Shown: positions 11,027 to 24,661 of the stretch, piece by piece
How the letters are laid out: each line of letters starts with the position of its first letter
How positions within the stretch are numbered: the stretch's first letter is position 1
Assembly (NCBI GenBank): GCA_001949185.1
Contig: BDGG01000001.1
Span: 2,931,324 to 2,995,323 of the forward strand
Length of the DNA stretch: 64,000 nucleotides
Direction: 5' to 3'
Source of the DNA: Ramazzottius varieornatus
Taxonomy: Eukaryota > Animalia > Tardigrada
Made by a program: the position numbers and the translations under genes
Notes under the pieces: model-generated
What the model saw: only the letters and a program-made list of their open reading frames with translations
The model's database searches: none
Told to the model about the DNA's origin: nothing

Positions 11027-14000
11027 TCAACTGTTTGAAAGAGGAACAGCAGGAGCGCTGGCAGCCAGGACCAGCTGGTAGTTTTCCTGGATGGTCCGGC
11101 TCGGGTCCTTGGCCAGCTTTTCCATGGCTCTTCCGAACAGCGAGTGCTTGCGCGCACTTTGGGGAATATAAAGAAGGCACCGAGTAGCGGCAAGGCGTAC
11201 GGCTACCACGTTACTATCAAACAAAGGCCAGAAGCGGTCTCCAAAGTGCAGAGTGAAAGAATCAAAACTGAGAGCCGCTTTCGATAATAAATCTTCACAA
11301 AACTGAGCAAAGACTTGGTGGGACCGAAATTCGTCGTTACGTAAAAACAACTCTAGCTTCTTCGAAAAGATTTCTCGACTGGCCACGTCGCGTTGCTGTT
11401 CTATCCGCATGAAGATGGACGATAAAGCGATACATGCACTCTTCCTCACTTCCGCCGTCCTGAAAACAAACGAAAACGTTTGTACCAGTACACGACTGAA
11501 AGATCCTCGGTACAGCCACCTTTCTAGAACCTGCATACACCAAACTGGATGCCAACCACGGCTGAAGTATTTACGCAACTGTCTGAAAGACAACGCAGGG
11601 GGTTTAGACACCCTGCATACCATCGCAGCGTTGAAATGGTGCAGTCCGTTATATGCAGGTTCGCGAACGACTGCTAGATTGTATATAGACTTCAGAGGAA
11701 GGTAAATTTGACTTACCTGTCTCTAGCGAAGAACCATGCACCATCCATCAAGTTTCTCACTACGAGCTTCGGTGGAAACAAAAGGGCTAAATGGGCTATC
11801 TGCTCAGCACAAGCTTGCCGATACCGCCAGTTTCTTTCCTCATCAGGTGAAAAGAACTCACACAGCCTGAGCAAATGCAGTGGTCTAATTTCGGACGGAA
11901 GTCTCATGATGAAAGCCGAATAGTTCTCAATCATGTTCAGCCGAACACTGTCCGTGTCCTTCAGAAACTCGTTAACTAACGGAACGAGGTCGACAAGTGT
12001 GTAGTAGTGACCGATGATTTCGGCAATCCTGTAAAGATACGTATTTAAGTAGTTATTCTACAATTATAAAAATTTCTGAGATTCTTACCTTGGTAAAGAT
12101 GCAGCGATAAGTTCCCTCGCCGGCATGACATTCGATGAAGCGAGTGCTCTGTGGCAGTCATGAAGTTCTGGCCAGAACTGTCGACCAACCGTGAACGCCA
12201 CTGCCGGGAAGTCCATGGCCACTTGGACAACCACTTCCTTCTCGCTATCTTTACTCAACGACAGAAACTCTTGCAGGAACCTCACGTTGGGAAGAATGTC
12301 TTCCAAACGACTGGATATTTCCCCGGCCTCTTTCAGCTGCATCATCACAGCTATGTCTCTTCGCATATGCTTATCCACTATGAAGGGATCGATCTCGTAC
12401 GAAGAAGCGTACGGCGCCTAAAATCAACAAAAATATTCGAATCATTTTATTTGGTCACATTCTAATTTATTTTCTTCCATTTGATCATTCATTTTTTACT
12501 GAAAGATTCTGAATAAGTTGGAGGAAGTTGAGAAGGACTTACGTGACCAGCAGAGTTGCATTGAACAAAAGTTGATGTGGACAAGTCGTGTGACATAGAC
12601 GAGGTCGAGCTGACCGAGTGCGAGTCATCTGACAGGAAGTTCTCTTGTGACGGCGAGGCCTTCTTCTGGGGTGTACTGGTCGCTTGTGGTGTTAGAGTCT
12701 TGCCATCCGGTTCGTCAGGTGAGTCAGGAGCGAGAATGGTATCGCGGAAAAGCTCCGACCACTTCTCGCTCGGATCGTCGAGAGAGATGCCGCGCGACCT
12801 CAAATCTTCGGAACTGCTTTCGATGACTTGTTCTTCCAGATCCGGATCGACTATCTCGGCATCCGGATCCGCCGCCAGCACCTGTGACAAAATGCTTTTT
12901 TACTCATGGATGCTTCTTCAGAAGATTTTCGTCTGTACCAATTCCAAAACCTGCATTCTTACCTGCTTCTCGAGTTCTTCCGTCAGAATGTCCACCTGTG
13001 CATCGCTCTGCGCCACAGTTGTATCTTTCGAGCCGGAAGTTAGATTTTCGTTAGCCTCTGAGGCGCTCTTGTTCTCTGCTGGTTGATTCTTTACTTTGCT
13101 CTCTTCCTCTTCGTCCGCTTTCTCCGCACCGGCGGATTCGTCTACGGACTTTTCTCGCGCTGTCAACGTTTCATCTTTACCGTCTTCCACCTGACCATGA
13201 TCGGTTCTACTTTCATCTTCTGCCACGTTCTCCTTGTTATCAAGGTGTCCCTCACTCTCGGCCAAGGTCTGCAAATACAAACCCATCCGTTACTTTTTCC
13301 AAAGCACAGCTATTCAATTTGACTAACCTCTTCAACGATGACGGGTATCTTCTCAGTACCGACAACCGCCACCTGGGCAATGGGACTCTGCCAGTACTGA
13401 TAGCAGTAAAAGTCCGGCTTCTCTTCCGCCCTCTTCTTCCCTTCCGGTTCACTCAGAGCATGATTTAACGATGTTACGATGCCCAGTCGATTGTAATAGT
13501 TGCGTCGGGGGTGTCCAGCTACGTGTGACAAGGCCGGGCTAGACGCAACTCCACTGGGCGTACGATTATGCACGAGACCACGTCCGCGCTCTCGTCCATC
13601 TCCCGTCCCACCTTCCGACCTTCGATCGAAGTCTTCCGAATCGCTGAGGCGGTAGGCTGGGAAGTGTGGAGGAGGTACGAACTCGACGGTACCGTTGGTG
13701 GTGATGTGCAGGCGGGTCTTGGAAGGATCAGCAGAGCATGCAATAACTCGGCCAAGTCCGCGCGTTGCCCATCGACGCACCTGAAAAGATGAAAAGTTTG
13801 GTCAACTCTAGTAGTTACAGTACGCATAAGCATCAAAGATGAGCTACAGTACAGGTTCCGGAATCAAAAGACTGCTTTGCTAAAATTAAACGAGATACTA
13901 ACAGCCCGAAGCGTCTGACACTCATCCACCTGCATACCAAAACACAGCAACATGATGCAACATGATTGTGCATCGCATGTGTATGCAAGATGGGCTCATT

Positions 14001-16201
14001 CTGTTTGATTACGTTCAACATCTCAACGAAATTTCGCACAAAAAAGGGGACAAAATTTTGGAAGAAAAAATGATCACAAAGAGTATCCGAAAAGCGAAGA
14101 AGGGTGGCCATAGGGAAAGAAAGTTAACAACAATAATGGGATTTAATATGGATGGTTGATTTAGTTAGCGAACCTGTTTGGCTTGGTCGTTGATCAGGTT
14201 GGCATAAGCTGGGTACAAACTGCGGTTTGTGAACGTGGGCCATCTTTTATGACATATCTCGATGACTTGAGGAAAAACACCGGCTACTGTTTCGCGCACA
14301 TGCCACGCAAAGTCGTGCGACAAAGACACAACCTTCTCCTGTATCTGCCGGCAAGGTTCATCATCTTCGCCGAATTCTTCCGCCTGCGTCACGACGAAAT
14401 ATCGCACCACTAAAGCACAGAACCACCAGCATTAATTAATAACAATAATAACAGGGTACACGGCAATCAAACTGAAAATCAACATGAATATTTTCCGATG
14501 TTGCGCACGATCTTCAGTGTTCCTGACTGAGAGCGTGCGCCACCTGGAAGAACAATTTTGTCGAGTTTATAACCCAGTTTGCCATCTTACCAAAAGGAAA
14601 GTTTTGAGCGCAAACTTGTCGAATTTGAGCAACGTCGTGGTTGCACAGCTTGTTAAACTCTGGAACAAACAACCGCTTGACAGGTTCCGGTCCCACTTTG
14701 TCCAACAGCTTACAGAACAGATTCAGAGCGTCGATCATGAGGTCTGCAGTAGCTTCTGCGTAAAATATCTGAATGAGCAGAGGAACCACCGAAGCTGTTA
14801 TGGTCTCCCTTGTCATCAGATCCGGAGCGAACTCTACCAGCTGACCAATGGCGACTTGTGCCAACCGCCTGACATTGTAGTTGTCATCACGGATACAATC
14901 ACCGAGGAACGACATCATTCGGAGCTTCTTGAAAGACGGCTTGTACCCTCTGACGATGTTCGGAATCTGTTCGAGAAAAGCTATCCGAACTTGAGAGTCG
15001 TTGTCTTGGATGAGACGTTCGAAGAGCTTTGATGAAGCGGTGAGGAAAGCTTCGGGATCTTCTGCGTCTTTGACGAAGTTAACGTACTGCACAGCCACAC
15101 CATTTCTACGATGGAGAAAATTTCAAAACGAAATGAACCAATAAAAAGTAATTGGGAGCTCGTCAAGATTTATTTCCCAAAAGGCGCACGTCTTCAGTAT
15201 CGCTGGCCAGTTGTTTGCGCCACTCGAAAAAGTAATCTTGTCGAGTTGCTGTTCAACACAAAGAAACAAATTTATTTCTCGAAAAAGATCAGTGCCATTA
15301 AAACCTAAGAATATTTTGACATATTCTGCAGAGTATTGAGGAGAGCAGCGCAGTACCTGCAAACCATGTTAGGGTTGTCGACGTATAGCTGTAATCTTTC
15401 GATAGGAGTCATCAGGCGTTCGTCCTTTGGTTGGGGCGCAGCTGGCGGAGGTTCAACAGGATCAACAGTCTGCTCGGGCTTGATCGGTGATTGTGCCTTT
15501 CCCGACTCGCTCTGACACGTTGTTACTTTGAACCTACCTAGCGAAGGCGAAGTAGATCCGTCAGTTTTCGTGGGAGAGGAAGACAGCTGAGGAGGTGACT
15601 GGAGGTTGAGCGTGAGGGCTCCATTCGTCAAACTACGCAACCTATTTGAGCCTATAATAGAAACGTCACACTTCTTAACCTTTCGTTATGAAGAACCAGA
15701 CCCTCACTCAGACCAACCCTGATCACCTTGAGGAGTAACCGGAAGGACTTCAGTGACAGCAACAGGCTTGGCCATCGTCGAAGGAACTTCGAAGCTGATA
15801 ACCTCGTCTTCATCCTCGTCGTCTTCATCCATCACGTCATCCAGGAGTCCCGTTTCGTATTCCAGTTCATGGCTATCCACAACCGAGACTATCTTGAAGG
15901 ACGGATGGTCAGGCTTAGCTTCACTCTCCTGCTGCCGCTCTTCTTCCGCTCCTTCTTCGCAATCTCTTTCTTTCTCGTCTTCGTGGTGATCAACCACGCC
16001 GTTCACCAGTTCAGGCTTTTCTTGAGCAGGCGGTGTTTCTTCCACATTGGAAACTTCGGTGGCGCTTGAAAGGTTTTCTTTCTCGCGTTTTTTCATTTCA
16101 GCTTGTTGCGCAGGCTCGTTCACTGGGTTGTCGTGATGCTTCGCTTCTCTTCTGCTCTTGGAGGAGAACTCTCCTTGAGGTATTACATCCACATCGCCCA
16201 T
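11027..16201 (-). CDS. PPP4R1: Serine/threonine-protein phosphatase 4 regulatory subunit 1 (HEAT repeats), multi-exon
   Basis: MTPIERLQLY, DNDSQVRIAFLEQIPNI, DFAWHVRETVA, YQYWQSPI, FPAVAFTVGRQFWPEL and RNWRYRQACAEQI match conserved PP4R1 blocks; long acidic N-terminal and central low-complexity inserts; ATG 16201, stop 11027. Confidence 0.88.
15157..15247 (-). repeat. Intronic ~100-nt hairpin family, copy a (PPP4R1 intron)
   Basis: CTCGTCAAGATT...AGGCGCACG-loop-TGCGCCACT...AATCTTGTCGAG; the consensus loop reads on the minus (sense) strand. Confidence 0.75.
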
Positions 16202-17596
16202 TCTACTCCACGACCATTGGCAAGGAAGGCGTCTGTAAGAATAAAATACTTGGTCACGCAGCTGCCAGTTGTTATCACGAACTATTCATAGCTGGAATTG
16301 TGTAACCAAAATGTCAACAAATCACCAAATCAACGGTTCCCCTCGGCTTCAGCTAAATAAGTATTTTTGAATTTTGATATCAGTATTTCCCCTTGATCCC
16401 ACCTATACGTGGAACTATCTGGTAACAACTAAACCCATCAAAAGGGACAGAAGCCATAGTACAGATTCCAAGAATCATGAACAGCTTGAAGGTGCTGAAC
16501 TGATTAGTGCTGAAAGAGATCTACGAGTCACTACGAACCTTGTGACGGGATAGAACAGGCACTCGTTTTGCAGTGCTTTTGTCTTCCAGCGTGTAAGCCA
16601 ACATCCAGCACTACTATGTCCCCTGTTCCCGAAAGAGTCAGCAAAATATCCTGTCATACGTTCGATGAAGATCACGTTTCACGAATCCACACCTCTAATG
16701 GGAGCTAAATGAGATCAGCTTGTCGCCATCGGGCAGCAAACCGCTAGTATAGAGATTGCGAACGGAAGCGCACTAGCACAATCCAACACGAACAAGGACA
16801 TTTTGACGACATACGTAAACAAAGTGCGACTCTTCTAACTTTTAACACAACTCCTACTAGACCAACTTGTTCCTATGATGTCACGATGTTCTTGTGTATT
16901 GATTTCGCAGTCTTTATAATGTTTCCTGTTGTCCTATTGAGTAGGTTGATTGTCTGATCGTGGCGTACAACTGCTGAGCCACAAGCCAGCCAACGTACAA
17001 TACGAACAAGCCGATCGAATCAAAGCGTCCGACCGGAAGTCCAAATGTGCCGGGACCCCCCACTTGTTGGCAATATGGCTTTCTACCGTCTAAGGATAAA
17101 CTAATTAAAGTACCTCGGAAAGACCAAGTCGAACCGCAACTGGAAAACGCGTGACAAGTATAGGCTAATGCGATTATTGTCGACCAGGAAGTGGATTAAC
17201 CAATTACACCGCAGCTGGGTTGCTGGATACGTATACAGTAAACGCGTTGGAAGAATCGCCAGCAGGACATATGGAGACGAACTTAATACTGAAATTGCTC
17301 AGTCGATAGTGCGTCTGGAAAGAAAAATTCCGATTGGGAAGAATTACACAGGGAGGACAAACACGTTTTCCAGTCTTGTTTCTGGTCCTTCGGATCGCGA
17401 GTTCCTCGAGCCGGCTTGCGATGGTTGGCCGCCGGATTTTTAAACATAATCTGTACAGGATCCAGCTCGTTTCCTGGGGCATAATCAGAAAGTCCAAACA
17501 CTTCCTTGCGAGAACCTAGTATGTATAGCAGAAGATTCGAGTTTACTGTGCAAAGGAAGCTAGCAACCGAAGAGACAGAGATGTTGCTTTAACCTC

Positions 17597-18479
17597 TTAA
17601 CTCATTTCCGCCTCGATTTTTTCTTCCACTTCCTTCGCGTACCGGAGCTGCTCTAGTTCGAGCTCCAACAGGGCTTTTGTCTCTAATAACTACAACAAAC
17701 ACAAGTCCTTTACGGTTTGCTAACAGTTTCCGCTACAGTGTTTACATAACGCATATAGGTCTTGCTTGCCTCTTCACAGCGTCTTTTGTAATCTGAAAGG
17801 GACGATTGCAACATCCTGCAGAAAGAAGGCAAAGCGTCGGAAAACAAATGAATTCATCGTGGTTGCATCAAAAATCACCAATGCAAAAGCTTCGCATGGA
17901 AAAATATTGCGCCAGCAAAGTATTGTGAGATAAACACACACCTGTTGGAGGTTTCCGAATCATCCAACCTTTGCTCTAGGTCTCGAGCGTGCTGGAGTGC
18001 TGATACGTTTTGCGCCTTTAGAGACTGGTATTCTTGCTCCGCGGCTTTCAACCGGTCCTTTGTCCGCTTGTTCTCCTCCTGAAACAGATGGAAGTCTTAC
18101 TCGAATGCAAAACTGGACTATATATATTAAATATATTTAAAAATAAATAAATAAATAAAATAGATATATACGTAGTGTCATCACGATTTTGCACATACTT
18201 TTAGGGACAAGTTTTCCTCTTTGAGATCAGCAACCGATCCCCGTAGCCGCGTAATTTCCTGTTGACCAAGATCGATTTCTCGCTCAAGCTCCGTCTCCAG
18301 CTCTTTACTGCTATGGGCGTATTCATCCAACTCGGACCGAAGAACTTCGTGGCTGCAAACAACAGCCATTTCGACCTTGCTAAAAAATACTGGGGAAAGA
18401 AGATGGTCGGAAACTTACGAGAACATTTTTTGGACTTTATTATGGTTTCCCGTTCTTTCAGACTTACCTGGTGCGCCAT
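17597..18479 (-). CDS. Short NudE/NDE1-like coiled-coil protein (3' end uncertain)
   Basis: Spliced MAHQ|VEMAV..ELDEYAHSSKELETELEREI..|EENK..ARDLEQRLDDSETSNR|MLQSSLSDYKRRCEE|LLETKALLELEL follows the NDE1 coiled coil ([41 protein letters not shown]). Confidence 0.7.
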
Positions 18480-20112
18480 CGTTCGGCTTCTTCCCTCCAG
18501 TAGTTCTCCGATGTTAAATCTTTTCCTTGATTACGAGCGTTCAGGAAATAATCCGTCATCTTAACTTAGATCAATTTGCAGCCGGGAGCCAGTGCGCCTA
18601 CATCCAGCGTACGATATCAATGATATCGCCTTCCTGATTACAAAGTCCGACTGAAGCGCTTAGCGGTAAACTGTTAGTAACTCGTGTACGGTGGGTCACC
18701 TGGGAGGTAAACAGAACTCAGATGCATAAATTATAGATTTGAACAAGCTGTAATCGATCATTCATCGACGGTTATTATCGTAATGGGCGGGTCATTAAGA
18801 AGGCTCGTCGGCTGCTTAGCCAACGAAGTTTGACTCACAAAGTTACCTGTCGAGTTAGGATGATGAATCGCCTTAGTGATCGAGTATTCCCGTCGAAAAG
18901 ACGAGTTGAATCAGAGCGTACAACTTAACTACGATGGCAATGCTGCCGTCATAAAGTGAACAAATTCAATCCGAAGCGGCACGAGCGGTACGCAAGAAAT
19001 GCACAGTAATCATTTCCGCATTAATTGTTGATGACCAAGAGGACCGTGTGCGAGTGTGCGAGAGATCAAGCCCGAAAAGAGCGCACTTGTCACGTATGAC
19101 ATGTCGAAATAACAATCAAACAAAAAGTTACAACTGGTTCACACGATAACGACCCTTGTGTCTGCATGGCAATAAAAAGGCCGTATAGTGCTCTTATCAA
19201 GCTTCCGTCAGCCGGCGAAGCTCGACAGCTTTAACTTGGATCCGCCAGATTCTCTCGCATAATTGATTTGCTAGTACTGCCGCAATGTCCGTTTGTAGAA
19301 GCAGAAGCAGAAATACGAGCTGACAGTCAGTCACACAGTTAGAGAAAGCTTTACTGATTTAGTTAGGCGTTCGATTGATGGTAAACAATGATGGGAAAAT
19401 TGACAACTTGACATTCTGGGGTGGATACGAGGAGCACTAGTTGGGCTCATGAAAACTTTAGTGAAGTTTCAGTGCTACTGAATTTGGACAAAATCAGCTA
19501 TTTGCGGGCTAATGGAGTGGTCAGTTGGTTGTAGAAAGAGAAACAGATCTCGAGGAGACGCAGCTGTGGTGTCGCACTGCGGATCTGCGAAGCACTCAAA
19601 TGTTCGCTCCGACAGCGCGTCAAGAGGATGAGAAGTAGCAGAGCGGTGAATGGGTTGCTGGTGACTTTGGTAACTGGGCCATTCAATTAATACCAGATGC
19701 CACAACTCATCTTACTCTGGTGAACCTCAAGTATTACTTCACAGCCGTAAACTCGGACATGCCTTACGCCAGACAGCAAGTGTGGCACTCACGACGGCCA
19801 CGTTCGTCAACCAGGAAGTACGAGAAATTTCAGAAAATCAAACATATTTCTTGCAGAAGCTAAAATAATGAAGTGCAAGTGTGGAACATTTTGGTGCAGA
19901 TATATTGAAATGCGATGGACAGTCGATAACCTGTTCTAGACAAGGATTGTGGCAAAATTCATTACCTAATTAGCCAAAGTTTCAAGTAGATTACGGCTGA
20001 AGTGGAATGATAGACAGCTCGAATCGAGCACTTATCGACGTAAAAACTTTGGAAGAAGCGGACCGGAACAAAGCAAACGAGTAGCACTCTGTACCCGTAC
20101 GTTCTAGATGGT

Positions 20113-23100
20113 CTAATCAGTGTCTATGAGGTTAAACGAATGGTCGTGTACCATAAAAGCCGTGGATCCAAAAGGCACATTGCCTTTGGACGAGCGTGGA
20201 TGTAACAGTCGTTTGCATGCCGGGTCTGTGCTGGAGCTCCTAGACACGCTGGTCTTTTGCATAGAGTTTCGACGAGTGCTGGACATCTGTGATCGTGTGG
20301 TACGGCTGGAGTCCGGTGGAGGGCGTCGCTGACCAGTCTTGAGAAAGTGCATCCAGGAGTTGCGAGCTTCCTGACGTTCTAAGCAGCGGAAGATGAAGAC
20401 GAAGAAGCCTTGAAGAGAGTTCGTCAAGCAGAAGACGTACTGGAAGAGCACCCGGGCATGTGAAATGGCCATGGCGCCGAAGATCCAAGTCACTCCGAGC
20501 AGAAACATGACGGCCAGCTAGTTAAAAAAGGCTGAATGTTGACAATGTTGACCGACTACTATTATGGTGACTAACAAAGAGACAGAAAAGTTTCTGTGAA
20601 CTTACTGTCCCGTGTACTTGAGCGCCTTTGACACTTCGTTTCTCGTTTTTAGTTTTTGTGGAGTTGGCAAAGTCAGGTCGCGGCTTGCAAAGAACGAAGA
20701 CCACCATAACAAAGATGATCGTGTTGGAGAGTATAATACAAGCGAAGGGGGCTAAAAATGCGCTGTAGTATACGAATGTGTTGTGAGGAGTCAGCCGGCA
20801 TCTGCAGTACAATGAAACAAAGCTTGACGTAAATTGATATGCGGAAAATGTGATCCATAACTGAGCAAAAGCGTGCCCGGTAGTAGTTTGCTTACTCGGT
20901 CCCATAGGGAACATCTTCGTTATTGAATGTTTCGAGAAGAGCCGTAGATACCGAAACTAGCAACGGAACACCTACGACAACACAGATCTCAACAGGGTAC
21001 TCGTAATACCACTATGGAGGCTTACCCCATCCAACGAGCATTCTTTTAAGTATGAAATTCTTCGTGGTTGGGTCGAAGAAGACCTTAATCAGCAACAGGT
21101 ACATGTTGTAAGCTTCGATACCCATCCTGTGGAAAGATTTCGTCTACAGTATGCCCAGCTAATAAGTTGTGCGGTACCGGTGACGTACCACACGAAGGAC
21201 GCCAAGGAGAAAAAGTGGATTAAGGTTGACATAACGGCGCACGGAATGTCCACGCTGATTAGCGGCATGAGACCTCCGATCACGAAGCAAAGATTGAGGA
21301 ACGCAATGGCCACACATAAATTGATGAGAATTTTCCCGGCTCGATCGGCATGCAAATGTCTGCAATTTGGAATAATGGTAATATTGTCCAGGTTGTCACC
21401 TCTCCATAACCACTGCATGATAGAGATCGACCGACAGCTCGGCCAATGTTTGGCTCTAAAAAACAATCTCTAAGCGCGCACCTGAAGAATGAATAGGTGA
21501 TAATTGTTGCGACGCATCCAAAGAAGGAAAGCCCGCAGCCGATGTATGAGATAAGGGATAATGCAAACTTGTGCTCTTCCGCCACGCCTACGTCGGGCGT
21601 TGGGTCCTACACCAAAAATCCAACGATGTTCTTCGATCACCTTCGATGTTCAACTTTGATTGATCGATGGCGAACGATACTTACGAAAAGAACAGAGAAG
21701 GCTGTCATGTGGTGGGCTTGGCATTTAATCTCCTCATCATTTTGCGATATGACTGACACTCCTTTAGTGGACCAGCGGTGTCCTGTAACGCGGAAGGATT
21801 TGGTTCATTAGTGATTGAAGTTTCTAACCCCTTATGATATCAGAAACTTACTTTTTGGATCCCAGTAAACGCATCTGTACTCTAAATTCGGTGTGGGTTT
21901 CCGGAGCTTGAATGTAACGGGTTCCGACAAGTGGTCAGTGTTGGCTCCCCGGATGGTCGCCGCTATGACTGGGTTATCACCGAGACTGATCGTGGTGCAA
22001 TTAATATTCAGTTTACTAGGAGGTGCAGTGGTCTCATTGCTTAGCTTGTAGAGCTTGGTACTTTCGTAGAGAACAAAGCTCAGGCGAATGGGACTGGCGC
22101 TGGCTGAGCCTTCCCGACCCGTCATTAGAACATTCTTCGGGATGGTGAAGGACAGGTTCAGGTTATCCGGAGCCGCTGTACCGTTAGTGGAGGACTGCAG
22201 CTCTGCCATGTCTGCGGCTGAAAACTGCAGAGCGGTATCCTGGAAGTCTGACGCGACGTCAAGTAAATTGATTTTGACGTTGTTAGCTTCAATGTGCAAG
22301 TTAGACTTGTCAGCTGGCATTACGGCGTCCTTCGCGTAATTCTCAACGGAATTCGTTAACCTACAAAGAGAAATTCCGTGCGGAACACCACTGAGGAGAC
22401 GCTTCTCTTATAAGTATCGAGGAGTAATTTATTACTTTTTAGAAGAGTCGAGTGTCATGGCTGCGTCCAGCTTTTCACCTTCGACAGTCAGGACAGCGCC
22501 GATAATGTTGACCATCGACTGCGCGACCTAGCAAAAATACATGCGGGTAGGCTGAACCTGTCAAAGTACACTTCTTCCGTGTGCACTGCGGCTCGTTTTC
22601 GAATCATCGAAAATTATACCTTAACATCTCTTTTGGCAACATTCGCCATATTCTCCACTGCGCCAGCCAGCGCATTAAGTTTCTCGGCGGTTATGTCGTT
22701 AAGGGAATCGATGAGAGAACCAGCGTCAAAGTCCAACGGCTCAAGCATCACGTTAAACTGTCCGATGCTGCACCGAACCGGAAGTCCTTCTTCCGCGTTG
22801 CACGCTTTCACCCGCATAATCACCACTGTGTCAGATATTTCTTCCGGCTCTTTCAGTAGTTTTAGTTCACCCGTTCCGTTTGTAAACTCGACAAACCCTG
22901 GCGGACTCAAAGACTGAAGTTCGTATACGATAGCGTTATTGACCTGAAAATAAGACTGAAATAAAATGTTTCTGACAAGCGTTCTGCACAAGGAAGAGAT
23001 ACAAACCTCATCAGGATCTTGGTCAGTTGCGTCGGCGACCCAGACTGTATCCCCGGTCGAAGCATTCCGCGGGATATGAAGATCGGAGCCATTGGATGGA

Positions 23101-23554
23101 AAATGCGGATCATGCTTGTTGGCAGCCGTGACTATTCTTAGCTTTATGTTCTCCCGCGCATTGTCCGCGGTTTCGAGGTTGGAGACCATGACAGAAACTT
23201 CGTATATGTGGCCGTTTTGCGCATTGAGATCCTCGGTAGTCAGAAGTTTCCCGGAGTACCGGTTCATTTGGAAAGGCAAAGTATCGGACACATCGTACAG
23301 TTCGTAGATGAGACGGGCTCCAGGGTCACCTAGGTCCGTGGCGTGGAAAGAGGCTACCACTGTCTCCGCCGGCTCAAGATTCTGGATGTCGTATACTTCC
23401 TTTATTCCTTCAAACTTCACTTGACCTAGGAAAACATGGCAGATATCATCAGATATAGAACACATCCACAGCGAATCAAAGTGAATTAAGTATTGTCACC
23501 TGATGCCGAGGAGAATGACGCAAGGCTGGTCAAGAAGACCAGCAGTCGTTCCAT
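20113..23554 (-). CDS. Adhesion GPCR with signal peptide, two cadherin-like repeats, GAIN/GPS domain and secretin-like 7TM
   Basis: MERLLVFLTSLASFSSAS signal; cadherin-like ATDLGD/ATDQDPD and NKHDPHF; GPS CVYWD...WSTKG...CQAHHMTAFSVLF; TM1 ALSLISYIGCGLSFFG, ILINLCVAI, LLGVTWIFG, FCLTNSLQGFFVFIF. Confidence 0.9.
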
Positions 23555-24661
23555 TTCCTCCGTTGAACCTCAGAACGATCCTTGCCTTAAGGCGATCATG
23601 CCGCAAGTACTTCATCGAAGTCCATGGCGTGCGTGCGGAGATAAGACCAGGTCCAGATATCTTCCGCACTGACGCCTCTGTTATTTGGAGGAAAGCTACC
23701 GAATCACATTGCGTGTGCGAACAAAGACTGACAGCACGGATGGGTAGGTGGATATCGAATCAGAGGAGCCCAAACCCCGAAGTAATTTTGCAAGGGGCTC
23801 CTGGGGACCCTGCGTCACTTTACCACGGTACAATTCACGCGTCCGGGACCCCCGATTCGTGGAATTATAGGCTCTTGATGTGGCAAGGAATATTCAAATC
23901 GACGTTTTGCTGCGAAATGGTCCAAATTTCATGCGATTTATGGTAGAAGATCGCGCCGGCTTATGAATTATTTGGTTTTGCTAACTGGCAGAGCCAACCC
24001 AACGGACCATTAACGTTCAAACCAACCCCGATTATTATGCGCCGAGGAAGGGCTGCCAGGACCCGGAGCAAAGGAAGGCACCGTTGCGTGTTTCGCTCGC
24101 CATTTCAGTTTAAGGACGAAGATGTTTTGGGGAGAAATCTGCCTGGGTACAGTACCCTACGGAAGTTCGATCGGTCGGGAACCGGGATGATCGATCAGAT
24201 CCAGGAACTTGACATGGCAAGCTGCACTCAAGTTTTACGCTTGAAAACGTTTTGGATCCTCAAGGCGCCATCTGGAGGCATCGTGGCTGGTATGCTTCCC
24301 CACTTCTGTGTTGTGCGTTCGGTACTTCACCATAGAGTAATTAGTCTCCTCAGAGATATGGTTGGTGAACTGGTCATTCTGCACTTACCAGCTATCGGGC
24401 ACGAACCGAAATGAAGAATGTCTGAATCACTTCGCATATTTTTATCCAGGCGTACCGCAGTTACCGCCAGCGATAATGTGTCTAAAAATTCAAAAAAATC
24501 TGCAGCATTGCGTATCGACGTACATCATTAGTCAAGATTCAGAAACCAACAGACAGAAGTTCGCCAATTAAACGCTTATTAGGAACCAACTTACTATCAG
24601 CGAAAAACAGTTGCAGCACACGATGCATTTGAGACTGAACAAAAACGACGGACAAGTGTTC

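Noticed and set aside
23640-24600. ORFs of 125-147 aa and a small GGAGCCC/GGGCTCC palindrome between the GPCR and cofilin genes
   Set aside because: No domain signal, TIR or TSD identified.
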